NCBI GenBank assembly: GCA_051294375.1
Contig: CM119271.1
Coordinates: forward strand, 3,317,061-3,381,060
From: Paraspadella gotoi
Taxonomy: Eukaryota; Animalia; Chaetognatha
Direction of reading: 5' to 3'
DNA length: 64,000 bases
Shown: piece after piece, positions 25,974 through 37,344 of the stretch
How the letters are laid out: each line of letters opens with the position of its first letter
Position numbering within the stretch: the stretch's first letter is position 1
Notes under the pieces: model-generated
Databases searched by the model: none
What the model was told of the DNA's origin: nothing
The model's input: the letters and a program-made list of their open reading frames with translations, nothing else
Program-made: the position numbers and the translations under genes

Positions 25974-28900
25974 TTCAATTTCTTTTCACAAACTGGCTCT
26001 ATTTGTTTCACCTTAATCTGTCCTCACAAATTGACCACTATCCCTTCTCAACTCTGTGTTGGAAACTTTGCCTCTCTCTCTCTCTCTCTCACTCTTTCTT
26101 TATGCACATAATTTGTTTCAAATTCACTAACTTTTTTAATGCTGATGAAGGCTTGTAGTTAAGCCGAAACATGTCCGTTTTTATCAAATAAAATCGTTGT
26201 TGAAAATTCATTTCAAACTTTTCTAATAATTATTACACAACGAAAAGAAAGGATTATACCACAATAGTTAAAACGTTATATGAAGTATTCTTTGAGAATC
26301 ATCGCATACATGGTGACAATTTTACAAACGCCGGTAGAAATACGCTGTCATTTGCAAACCAGTGGGCTTTCTGAGGATATTAATATTGTTAATATTTTAA
26401 TAAATACTTTGTTTAAAAAAGTGCTAAAAGTTCCAAAAAAAATTTGAATTTAAAAACAGTGAGTTAAAAAATGAAACCCGATTTGAAAAGCCAACTTTCT
26501 CCACTCATTGTCAAGGCATATCTTAACCGATCAATATAAAATTTTAACACATTAATAGTTTTAGTATTTTCTACTCAACTAATTTTTAAAATCAATGAAA
26601 TAACCACTGGTTTGCAAATGACAGCGTATTTCTACCGGCGCTTGTAAAATAATCATCATGTATAACAAAATTAAGAATTAATTAAATATAACACATGAGT
26701 ACAGGTACAATATTTTTTATTAAAGAACAATATTTTGATCCATGAGACAGATCATCTACAGGGCCAAATGAGTAAATTAATCCTTGATTTTGTTCACTGA
26801 CTCACTCACTCACTCACTCTTCTTTTTTTCTCATTTGGCCCTGAAGATGGATCGAAATATTGATCACAAATAAAAAATATCGCAACTGTACTTTCATGTG
26901 TATTGTGTAATCTTTAATTAATTATATGTAGTAATAATTATTAATATTCACCGACCTCGGCAGAGACTTTAACGTTGTCATTGAGAGTCCACATGGCTTC
27001 GTGAAGATGACTCCTCAGGTCGCGCATGTTTCGATCCAGATGATGCAGCACGACGCAAGGGTCGTCGAGGGGCGGCGATGACGGCAACGGTGGACGAGGT
27101 AGTCGACGGTATCGTTCGAGATGGCGCCTCGAGAGATATCTGCCCGGGAGAGATAGAAACTTCGCTACAACAGATTATTTAGCAAAACAATATCGGGGAA
27201 AGTCATTGTTGTTGTCGTCGTCATTTTGTACTACTACTATAAACAAGCTAAGACGACTCACTCCTCGGACACGAGCATGTCGACGAGTCTCCGCGTCGTC
27301 GTCAGCGCATGGCGTCGACGAGACAGAGTCGCCGCGATTCTGGCATCTTTGTTCCTTGTCGTTCGGCAGTTGGATACCATGGCGGATTCTTGTTTGAGTT
27401 AAGAGAGAGAAAGGGTTGATATTAAAATGAAGAAGCCGAAAAAAACCGAAGACTGAGTCATAAGAAGCCGTAAAGTTTATCATCATTTCAAAAGTGCTGT
27501 CGGAAAATTATAAGTTGAAATTTAGTTAACTTTTAACTCTTAATTAGGCTAAATACATGCTCAAATTAACCTGCAGAGGTCGGCTCACCCAACGCGGTAT
27601 TATTCCGAGAGACGCGAACGAAGTGGTGCCAAAAGGACAATCTCCTCGTGGAGTCCACAATAAAAAAAGAAGTCGCGATCAGGTAGAAAAAATAGTATCC
27701 ACGCATGACTATTGTCGTTATTCGTTTGGCGCAAAATGAGAAAGAAAAGAGTTTTCCCTTTTTGGAAACTTTTGTAAACCCAAAGAGAAATCCATCCCCA
27801 GGGAAATCCTTGGGGTTCGAGGAAAATCCTAACGACTGATAAGCTATAGAGCAGCAATGTAGTTATTTTAAGGATTAAAAGCATGTTATAGAGTTGTCAA
27901 TTTTTTTTTAGTTTTTAACGAATCTAAAAGAAGTTTTCCCCGAGTAATCCTCAATTTATCTTATGTTTTTTACTACAGTTAAATTTTTTTTTCTTTGTAT
28001 CTTATTCTCTGGTCTATAAGTTATAACAAAACCGAAGTAACACTTATTATTACATTAGCCTAAGAAATGATTACTAAGGAGGAACAGGTTACAAACTAAC
28101 AGAAGTCCGGTATAAATATTATTAATGTGTTTATTAAAATTCATGAAAATAAAAAAAACATTTAAAGATTTACGCATGGATACTCAGGTTTTACTATTAA
28201 AGAGCCGAAATCCATGAAGGGTATAGGTTCCCAACTGATGACCTTCCCATTGTATAAACATAATAGATAAAAGATATTCAGAAATAGAATAATTAAAAAT
28301 TAGGATAAAGGAAAAAATTTATTTTCATTAAAGTATTTTAAAATTATATTCATGACATAAAGGTGCCCCTATAGACCTTTCCCCAGTATGTATCCCTATC
28401 AGAACATACAATTCTACTTTGTAGTCTTATCCCTATTAGTTTTTTAAAAAATCATATATAACTTTGGTCCCCCATCAAAAAATTATCCATTCCCACCCCT
28501 TTCTGTTCAGCCTATTAGATATTATGATTTTTCATTAATGACTTTCTAACAGGAATGATGTGTGATATCTATTAGAAAACTAGGACAGATTGTAATCTAA
28601 CCTTGTGTTGTGTAGATGCTCCTCTATTTCCAGAAGACAACACTAACTTCCCATTCCCAAAATGAGTTATTAGATATAATGATAAGTAAAAAATTTTTAA
28701 GAAAGCAATATATATATATTTAAAGAATATAGATTAAATGGTAGCCATTGTGTTAATCCTTTCGGCTTCGTTGAGTATAGAGATTTAACAACTATCTCTG
28801 TGTTGGAAACTTTTGGCCCTCTCTCTCTCTTTCTCTCCTCACTCTCTCTCTCTCTCTCTCTCTCTCTCCCTTCTTTTACACAAATTTGTTAATGCATCAT

Positions 28901-31900
28901 TACCGCTGATGAAGACTCGAAATGAAGAGTCGAAACATGTCCGCATACTAATAAAAAATCGTTGACGAAAACATTTCCAAACTTTGTTAAAGATTAAATG
29001 GTAAATCTTTCATAAAATATAAAAAATAAAAAATAAAAAATAGTGAAACAAGTAATTTGAAATTTTCATATATAGAATAGTATTATATATACTATTTTAT
29101 ATTATCCAAATGCTATATAATGTCAATAATTTTTTGGGGTATATTTTAATTTTTTTATAGGATTCTGATAGAACTTGAAAAGTTAGATGAAGTTTATTAT
29201 TACAACATTTTGAAATTTTAACGATTTGTTTATAAAAATTAATAAAAACTATCAAATTTATTGAATGATGACGATGATGACTTTTTAAAGTTTTTTAAAA
29301 TTTAAACCCATTTATCATTAATTTTTTTAAAATTTATAATACTAACCTTATTTAACTTTTTAATCTTTATCAGAATCCATTTCTAAAAATTAAAATTTTA
29401 AGCATTTCTTATATATTGTTAAATATTAAAATGCTTCTATGCGTGAGGAAAATGTATTAAATCCAAATATAACATCATAAGTCAATTTGGTTGTAAAAAG
29501 ACAAAAGACTTTCATTGCAAACTATTTCATATTGTAAAAAATGTTAAATTCTGGCCCGCCTTAATAATTACCGTGGAAAATCCTGTTCCCGAGTAGGGTT
29601 TTTTTTCCCCCAAAGGAAAATTTTATCTTGACAGTGACATCGAAAGAGAATTGAAAAACATGAAATTCCCGAAAAAAATGTTCTGACATTAACGACCCGT
29701 CAAAGTCGCTTCACAGTTCACCCCAAATCCCTTCAAGCCCCTCTTCTCTTTTCCCTCACCTTGGGCACAGCAAGGCCGTCGGCGAGCGTGGACCCAGGCT
29801 TGACGTAAACGGGTTTCCCTGCCTTTATGGCCTCCGAAAAGGAGGGGCACTTGACCGACTCGGCTCCGTAGATGAGAACCTTCGGGTTGAGGCTTTGATG
29901 GCGAGAGCGGTGCCGGCGATGAGCCCTCCGCCGCCCGCGGGGATGATGACAGCCTCGACGTCGGGCACCTTCTCCATAATCTCCAACCCCATGGTCCCCT
30001 GGCCAGCGAGGATGTGGGGATGGTCGTAACCGTTGACGTAGAGGAGACCTCGGTCGTGGGCTAATTTAAGCGCGTGGCGGCGACTCTCGCCTGGTTAGAG
30101 AAAGAATAGAGGAAATTAAAAAACGAGAAAAAGGATCAAGAGAACTAAAACATATTTGGGTAAGTTCGTCACTCGACTCACCGATGTGATTCCCTTCGAT
30201 AATAATCTCGGCTCCGAATTGTCGGCAGCCGGATATTTTCATGATCGGCGCCGTCTTTGGCATCACCAACGTCACGGGGACCTTCAAGTCTTGGCCGTGA
30301 TACGCCATGGCGAGAGCGTGGTTGCCTTGGAAAAAAAAACTTTTTGTACTTTTGGTCAAATTATTTTAAACCAAGTGCTTGCGCTAAATTTCCATTGCGA
30401 AGCTATAGAAAGAAGCTGAAGGATGATTACATTGAAGTTGATTGTTTAATAATTTATTAGAAAGCAAATTACGATTGACACCCTAGCCGCGGCTTGCTGC
30501 AATATCTAAATACGGCAAATTCAAATCTAAACGATTTTATTTACCACCTCATATAAGTAGGTATAAGTAAAAGAAAAATGTTAAACCAAATTAAATGATC
30601 ATCCACAACAAGAGGGTGCTTTTTCGTCGTTTAAACGATGTATCGGTTTGCTGTCAATGATAAATTCCAATTACTAAGTGCGAAATCTCATAAAAATGAC
30701 AATATCTGATAACGGGGAGATTAAAAAAGTACAAAAGAAAAATGAATGCAATCAATCAGTCAATGCCACAACGAAAATTTGGAAAGAATAAAAAATTACA
30801 TAAATTAATATTTAATGTCTCGACGTCGCGTTTCCAGGAAACAGAAGCGACCCCATTTAAATTTTGAAAGATATTCGCAAAAGCCCCGAGAGAATTCTAG
30901 CGTCAAAGAAACGGATCGTCGACATGTTAGTTAAATATTTTCCGAAACATGCGGAAAAAACAAGTTTGAGCAAACAATGTCGGATCTGCCCACGATCATC
31001 ATCGGTAATTAATAATTAATAAATAATTAATTAATTCAAGTTAATTAATTAATTTATTCAAGTTAATTATTTAATTAGGCAATTTGATCCAAAATATTTG
31101 TTTTGATTGATTAATTGACTGATTAATTATTTATTAATTAATTAATTGACTAATTGATTAATTAACTGATTAATTGTTTGATTAATTAATACATTTTGCA
31201 TTTACATTTAAAATAACAAAAACAATCAATTAGTTAAACAGGTTTTTTGTTTTTTCCATTTATACTCATTTCCACTCAAACGATTCCATCGAAACTTTTC
31301 TACCCAAATACAAAATTTCAAGTCAATCGCCCCATCCACTCATGAGTAATTGGTGTTCAAATAGTGAAATATATTTTTTTGTTTTTTCCATTTAAACTCA
31401 TTTCCACTCGGACGATTCTATAGAAACTTCATATCCAGCTCAATCACACACTTCCCTACCCACACACAAAATTTCATTCCAATCCATCCATCCAATCACG
31501 AGTAATTGATACTTTTTGCTAAGGTGGGACGGACGGACGGACAGACAGACGTATGGTTTTTGCATAACATGATATAAATTGAGGGGGCGGACCGACGGAC
31601 CGACAAAGTGAATTATAGAGTCGGGGAAAAAATGACAACAAAAATACTGGTATAAAAGACTAACTTTATGAAATCCGGAAACAAAGGAATGAAGTGAATG
31701 ACAAAAACTTTCACGGATATGCTAGAGGCATTACCGGCGCTAGCAGCGATGACTCCCTTTCGTTTCTGTTTCGTCGCTCAGCTGGATGAGGGTATATCTG
31801 GCACCCCTCTCCTTGAAACTCCCGGTGTACTAATTTAAACACCGGAGGCAGGAACGAGCACGCGAAACAAAGTGTGGTACAAGCGGATAATCGATAATTT

Positions 31901-32360
31901 AGGCCGGAATTCCGATCAACTTTCGGAACTCTTCACTTTATACTTAACGGAAAGACAGAAAAAACGCGTTTTTTTCCTCGAATTAACCTGCATCTGTTCC
32001 TTCTTGAAATAAAAGATCCATGTTGTAGTACTTGGACAGATGCGAGTAACCACAAGGCGTCCTGCGGATGCCGGTTGGCGATCTTGAAGGAGGCGGCGCT
32101 GATATCCTCGAAGGAGATCGTCCGCGGGTTGTCAGGATCGCACCAGGGATCCCGGTACTGCTCCGGCGTCTAAAATATGGCGAAATTTAAAGTAAGAAAT
32201 TTACATAGATAAAAGCGGGAATTTAAATAGAAATTCGGTTTCTCCTCTAACTCACCACGTCAGCGGTGTCGCCGCTCGTTGGGCCGTTGCCATCCTTCCG
32301 CGCCGCGTTCGCCTTGCACTTGACAGGGCAAGCGGAGATGACTTTTGGTTCGCTCTCCAT
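22950..32360 (-). CDS. PLP-dependent L-threonine/serine ammonia-lyase with C-terminal ACT domain (this copy carries probable 1-bp sequencing indels)
   Basis: TGSFKERG (PLP Lys), [44 protein letters not shown] and DRPGG ACT motifs. The ~6-kb intron 23745-29758 hosts a nested gene and TEs. Confidence 0.92.
24103..27706 (-). CDS. Nested same-strand gene: 193-aa putative secreted helical cytokine-like protein
   Basis: Exons 27706-27589, 27388-27262, 27139-26956 and 24255-24103, all GT-AG with matching phases (1,2,0), give one open frame. Hydrophobic N-terminus; AATAAA at 23930-23925. Confidence 0.75.
24384..24425 (-). ncRNA. Minimal hammerhead ribozyme (PLE type)
   Basis: Reverse complement of the 26138-26179 motif. 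Confidence 0.85.
24902..25690 (-). CDS. Penelope-type GIY-YIG endonuclease (C-terminal fragment of the PLE ORF)
   Basis: KPKDKIP..SGAVYW..C..C...[19 protein letters not shown]...[19 protein letters not shown]. Confidence 0.88.
   Translation of the reverse strand: MTARGSLRELLVKPKDKIPRPKTSGAVYWAACAGAGNQACTAAYVGETGKSLTDRFQQHTKPYRDARGHYLSAVAEHTVNTGHVFRETDCLVLSHDPNWFSRGIREAIYIKALEPSLNRDGGRFDLPPSYDSLIKSVVEAPSPPRPHNDSPVSTQRDRRRPLRRQWADDASPSPVATHSLSLWSERRPKRRLQEEGESTTPVAKAARTESRPPRQQARRGQSAGVPGQRDIRVALGIFPQGSLPNAAHIGSTILSSQPLTRQ
26138..26179 (+). ncRNA. Minimal hammerhead ribozyme (PLE type)
   Basis: aatg-CTGATGA-a-ggctt-gtagtt-aagcc-GAAA-cat-GTC-cgtt: core boxes, stem II ggctt/aagcc, palindromic acatgt, stem I aatg/cgtt. 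Confidence 0.85.
26309..26660. mobile_element. MITE with ~55-bp TIRs and TA flanks
   Basis: cgccggtagaaatacgctgtcatttgcaaaccagtgg vs ccactggtttgcaaatgacagcgtatttctaccggcg. Confidence 0.8.
26680..26910. mobile_element. Inverted pair of decayed hammerhead-like PLE repeat fragments
   Basis: tcatttggccCTGAAGAtggatcGAAAtattg..aataaaaaatat on +, with a diverged reverse-complement copy at ~26700-26772. Confidence 0.5.
27749..27842 (-). promoter_or_regulatory. Cluster of kB-like, STAT (GAS) and GATA motifs upstream of the nested gene
   Basis: GGGAAAACTC (RC 27749-27758), GAGAAATCCA 27785, GGGAAATCCT 27801, TTCGAGGAA 27816-27824, GGAAAATCCT 27821, TGATAA 27837; all lie 40-140 bp upstream of ATG 27706. 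Confidence 0.5.
28744..28990 (+). mobile_element. Solo Penelope-like pseudo-LTR of a related subfamily
   Basis: Shares ctctgtgttggaaacttt-(CT)n-HHR-aataaaaaatcgttg architecture with the 25712-26229 repeat. 13-bp TSD agattaaatggta at 28731 and 28991. Confidence 0.8.
28903..28944 (+). ncRNA. Minimal hammerhead ribozyme, variant stem II
   Basis: CTGATGA-a-gactc-gaaatgaa-gagtc-GAAA-cat-GTC. Confidence 0.75.
31230..31555. mobile_element. DINE-1/Helentron-like non-autonomous repeat (also ~38815-39140)
   Basis: Internal ~130-bp direct repeat (tttttccattta.actcatttccactc) ending in a ggacggacggacagacagac microsatellite. Confidence 0.45.
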
Positions 32361-32821
32361 TGTCGCTCCGTTCGCGCGTTTTCTTTCGTCGGCGGAGATT
32401 ATAATTTCCTTTTCTGATTGTGGCGCCCTCCAAGCGGGAAGTTTAACTGTTCGAAGTCCGCGTAAGCGACGGCTGCGTCGGTTAGATTCTAGGTCTCCGG
32501 TTTCATCTGTGGGCGTCGGCAAAATGCGGTAAAAATACGAAAACAACCAGGACTTACATATTTATCGCAACCAGAAAAAAACATTTCAGCAAATCATGAA
32601 CACAAACATTGAAAAATCATAAGGGAAAAAAATCAGGTAGTCAATGCGATAGTTAGAATGAATTTGTAAGTTTTAGAAGATATTTTCGTCTCGTTCCTAG
32701 AGGATACGTTTAAAATCACCGCATCTGCCAGAAGCGCCCGTTGACTTCGATCGTTTTAACATCCACTCGCATCCAAACGCCATCAACTAGTTCCCTCCTT
32801 CATCCTCCTCCGGAGCGCAAA

Positions 32822-32983
32822 TCATTTCGATCCTTTTATCCATTTTCTCAGGAAATAAATCCCGGCGATGGTCCCGTAAGTCGCCATGGCAACATTGGCT
32901 CGTCCCGTCTTCGTGTAAGAGTTGAACCTAACGGCCCAACCTTTCAGTTCGATACCGGGCGGGGGCGCTTCTCCTCCGGCCAT
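32822..32983 (-). CDS. ATP5MK: ATP synthase subunit k/DAPIT paralog b
   Basis: MAGGEAPPPGIELKGWAVRFNSYTKTGRANVAMATYG...; intronless, 53 aa. Confidence 0.88.
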   Translation of the reverse strand: MAGGEAPPPGIELKGWAVRFNSYTKTGRANVAMATYGTIAGIYFLRKWIKGSK

Positions 32984-33275
32984 TTCTTTTCTGGTATACG
33001 AGTTGTCGATACGATGGAAGCGTCTGCCAGAATTATTTACAGCTCTTCTGAAAATCAAATCAAGCAAAATGTGATCAAAATAAAATATTGTTGAGATTTG
33101 TAATTTCATTTTAATGTTGGCTTGCCATCAGGAAAATAAGATAATTCTATAACATTGACCCTCCTTAATTTTATTGCGAAAACCCTCAGAAGTGTAAAAA
33201 GCCTTCGTAATATTGCGATATTATCAATAAATTTTTCCTAATGGCAAGAAGAAAAAAGAACAACCAAAAATGAAT

Positions 33276-33486
33276 TCATTTCTTCTTGCAATCCGTCTTC
33301 GCATTGGCCTCGTCAATGGCTTTCATCATCTTCTTGTAGACGTAGCGAGCAACGCAAATCGAGAAAATAACTCCGTAGGTCGCCATGGCAACATTGGCGC
33401 GGCCCGTTCGGGTAGTAGGAGTTGAAGGTCTTGCTTACTCCTTCCAAAACAACGGCCAGGTGGAGGGTTTCGTCGCCCCCGGCCAT
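33276..33486 (-). pseudogene. ATP5MK: ATP5MK paralog a, indel-containing copy (likely sequencing errors)
   Basis: Same as 40851-41057 but with several 1-bp indels. Confidence 0.7.
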
Positions 33487-33737
33487 CTCACACGCTCGGG
33501 ACAGGGAGGTTTTGTTGTTGCGATGTTTCTTTCACTCGACCTTTAAGCTTTTATTTATATACCTTTACTGTTTAATATCAATAGATTTAACTGTTGCCTG
33601 ATAAAAAAAAAAGGTACAACTATAAAATAAATAAAAAATTGGCGAAGAGAATTAGAATATAAAAACGAGTGCGAAATAGCAACGGGTTTAAAAATGGCAC
33701 ATCCTCTAGAGACGCAGTTTGTAGTCCGACCCTAATC

Positions 33738-36350
33738 TCAGCTTTCCGTGGCTAATTCGGAGACGCGACAATATATCGAGTCGAGCAGGTCCAGCTGAAC
33801 GCAGGAGTCTTTAAGAAAACTTAGTCTCCTGTTCGGGCGAGAGTTGTGGAGTCGTTAGGAGTCTCCAAGGCGACTTCGGTTGTCGAACTCTTCGTTCCCA
33901 ACTCGAGCTTTCGAGAGAAATAAACGAAAAAAAATTAAATCCGCTTCATTTAATAACACATTTTTATCTCCAATCATCACGGGGCTTACATTGCGGATCT
34001 CCAGCTCGTAGTGCCCTCTCGTTCAGATCGATTCGCTTTTCGCAAGGGATCAAGAAATTTCTGTCGAATGGAAGAAAGACCGGACCAGATACCGCTGGCG
34101 TTTTCGTGTCTTCGGATCACGAATGAACAAAAATCTGAATGAATGGAGGATAGAAAATGAGTGAAAAAAAAAAGCAATATAAACGGGTTGCGATGCATCG
34201 ACTATTTCGATCATGCATCACAATATTCAAATAAGCAATGTTGCACAACCAACCGCTCTTCATCCTGTATTTCTATTCAGCAAGATTCAAACTCAAAAGG
34301 AATTTCAGCGAGTAACGTACCTGGCACAAGTTAAGAGCGGCCATGAGGGTTTCTTGATTCTCCAACAAATTCGTCTCGACTCCGTCGGGGAGGAAGAACA
34401 TCTGGCGGAACCACGGTATCATGGAGGCTCCGAGGAAAACGGCGATGGGTTGCCGAGAGGTGGACGACTTTTCTCATGGGGGAGGACCTGGGCGTCACGG
34501 CGTCGAGAGCGGATTGAATTTCTGGTTTGAGCAGGTAAAGAGATGACGAAGCCCCTTTGGATAAAAACAGAAAAATGCTTAACATCGATGAAAATAGTTA
34601 CACATGCTAAGTAAAAATATAGCACAGTAATAAACAAATCCAAATTAAACCTGAGGCCGGAATGAGCGGCGACGGCATAGAGACGGCGTAATAAGAAAGA
34701 ACCGGCGCCTCGGGCTCAGAATTTGCTGACGAAGATTTGGAGCCAGGTCGACGGCCATTTTTCTGTAAAAATTGTTGTTGTATTGGCAATGGGAGGATAG
34801 CCTGTGATACCCGGGGCGCGGGTATCTTCACCAACTGGCATAGGGGCTGCGGACCTCAGTGACCGCCTCCTGTCACTGGCATGTTTATACCGGCACCGTC
34901 ACATTTAAGCCAGAACCGGGATACCAGGGATTGAACCCGGGACGCACGGATGGAATGAGATGATTTAGCTGCTCAGCCATTGAGACGAGGCTGAGGACGG
35001 ACAGCAGTGAGGCAGCTTTAAGTCTTGCTGCCACAGGATCCCCCAACCAGACTTTCTCCACAGAGTGGTCCTCATACCTGAGTGGATGATTGTCTGAGAG
35101 AGGTTTGCATCCTCATTGCCATAGTGAGAGCGAGCGAGTCTGGAGCGTTTACCAGAGAAGTAAGGGCGATAGGCGTGATTTTCGATGCTCACCTACCCTG
35201 TAACCATATTTCGTAGGTGCGCACGGTGCGCAGCGGTTGCGTGTTCCGAGAGTAGGGCTTCACCACTTATGGCAATGGAGGATAGCCTGTGATACCCGGG
35301 GCGGGGTATCTCACCAACTGCATAGGGGCTGCGGACCCTCAGTGACCGCCTCCTGTCACTGGCATGTTTATACGGGCACCATCACATTAAAGCAGGAACT
35401 CGGGATACCCAGGGATTGAACCCGGGACGCACGTGGATGGAATTTGAGTGAATATGCAGATCAAAGATTCAGCCTGCTCAGCCATTTGAGACGATGGCTG
35501 AGGCGTACGGATCGCAGTGAGGCGGAAGCTTTTAGTCTTGCTGCCACAGTTGACGCTTAATGTTTTGCAGTCGTACAAATAAATTTTGAGTAATTATATC
35601 TTTAAATAACCACTCTATAACAGTTAACCATCCCAATGATACCTCTATCCCCACCTGACTAGTTTAGAAGGGCATTCGATGATGACCGTTTCGCAGACGT
35701 CGCTTAGGATTTTTTTAACGGCGGACTCCTGCAACGCCTTCCGGTCGAGCGATCCCGGCGCCAACTTTTCGTCGCCGATTCCAAGCTCTGCATGCCCTTG
35801 AGGACGATCAGATCCGTCCCAGCCAGCAGCAGCGGCGACGTCAACGCGGCGACGCAGCAAAAAACTGTTCGGCGCTGTAGACGAGCGGAATGGCCGGCGT
35901 CCCGAGACGGAGAAGCGCGTGAGCGAAACAGCCGGCGGCCAAGCCGCTGACTTTGGCCGGTTTCTCATCGTCGGTATCTTTGGATACGTTCTCGTCGTCG
36001 TCGGCCTCTTTTTCAACTTTCTTCCTCTTCCTCCTCCTCGCCGCCCGATCGATCTCTTCTTCAACGCCGTCATCGCCGAGACTCCGTCCGAGAAGAATCC
36101 CTCACGAGCGATAAGAGACGCTGAAATTGCCTCTCCAAATCAGAAGGTGGCGACTGAGCGGCGCCTCCGACGCAGATCTTGTTCAGCAATTCGGGCGACG
36201 GTTCGAACGACGACGACGCCGCCGCCTCCGGGGAATCGACGCCAAGTTCGAAGTGGCACGGCGCCAAGGGGACGTCGAAGAGGGAGAAGATATGCTTAAC
36301 GAAGGATTCCACTTCTAAATTGGGATCATCAGCGGATTCGTCCTCGTTTT
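33738..36350 (-). pseudogene. GLMN: Glomulin 3' part, duplicated copy truncated at the N-gap
   Basis: Near-identical to 41309-43409; frameshifting 1-bp indels. Confidence 0.7.
34781..35548 (-). mobile_element. Full-length TRIM with tRNA-like LTRs (Helenus-type)
   Basis: LTRs 35548-35268 and 35035-34781 (TGTGGCA...TGCCATA). PBS-like agTGGTGAAGCCC follows the 5' LTR and purine tract ggagaaagtctggttgggggatcc precedes the 3' LTR. 4-bp TSD GTTG. A-box tggctgagcagg and B-box ggttcaatccc inside the LTR. Confidence 0.88.
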
Positions 36351-37344
36351 NNNNNNNNNNNNNNNNNNNNNNNNNTTTTTTATAGGATTCTGATAGAACT
36401 TGAAAAGTTAGATGAAGTTTATTATTACAACATTTTGAAATTTTAACGATTTGTTTATAAAAATTAATAAAAACTATCAAATTTATTGAATGATGACGAT
36501 GATGACTTTTTAAAGTTTTTTAAAATTTAAACCCATTTATCATTAATTTTTTTAAAATTTATAATACTAACCTTATTTAACTTTTTAATCTTTATCAGAA
36601 TCCATTTCTAAAAATTAAAATTTTAAGCATTTNNNNNNNNNNAAAATTTTCATATATAGAATAGTATTATATATACTATTTTATATTATCCAAATGCTAT
36701 ATAATGTCAATAATTTTTTGGGGTATATTTTAATTTTTTTATAGGATTCTGATAGAACTTGAAAAGTTAGATGAAGTTTATTATTACAACATTTTGAAAT
36801 TTTAACGATTTGTTTATAAAAATTAATAAAAACTATCAAATTTATTGAATGATGACGATGATGACTTTTTAAAGTTTTTTAAAATTTAAACCCATTTATC
36901 ATTAATTTTTTTAAAATTTATAATACTAACCTTATTTAACTTTTTAATCTTTATCAGAATCCATTTCTAAAAATTAAAATTTTAAGCATTTCTTATATAT
37001 TGTTAAATATTAAAATGCTTCTATGCGTGAGGAAAATGTATTAAATCCAAATATAACATCATAAGTCAATTTGGTTGTAAAAAGACAAAAGACTTTCATT
37101 GCAAACTATTTCATATTGTAAAAAATGTTAAATTCTGGCCCGCCTTAATAATTACCGTGGAAAATCCTGTTCCCGAGTAGGGTTTTTTTTCCCCCCAAAG
37201 GAAAATTTTATCTTGACAGTGACATCGAAAGAGAATTGAAAAACATGAAATTCCCGAAAAAAATGTTCTGACATTAACGACCCGTCAAAGTCGCTTCACA
37301 GTTCACCCCAAATCCCTTCAAGCCCCTCTTCTCTTTTCCCTCAC

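Larger units (their letters stand above)
24338..26264 (-). mobile_element. 5'-truncated Penelope-like retroelement with inverted pseudo-LTRs
   Basis: GIY-YIG ORF flanked by ~520-bp near-perfect inverted repeats (~24335-24853 and ~25712-26229). 15-bp TSD tagttaaaacgttat at 24323-24337 and 26265-26279. Confidence 0.9.

Noticed and set aside
29881-33486. Programmed frameshifting or true pseudogenisation of dehydratase/ATP5MKa
   Set aside because: The indels are absent from the duplicate copy and have the pattern of long-read errors.
34781-35035. tRNA-derived SINE interpretation of the repeat
   Set aside because: Inverted termini, 4-bp TSDs, PBS and PPT show it is an LTR of a TRIM.
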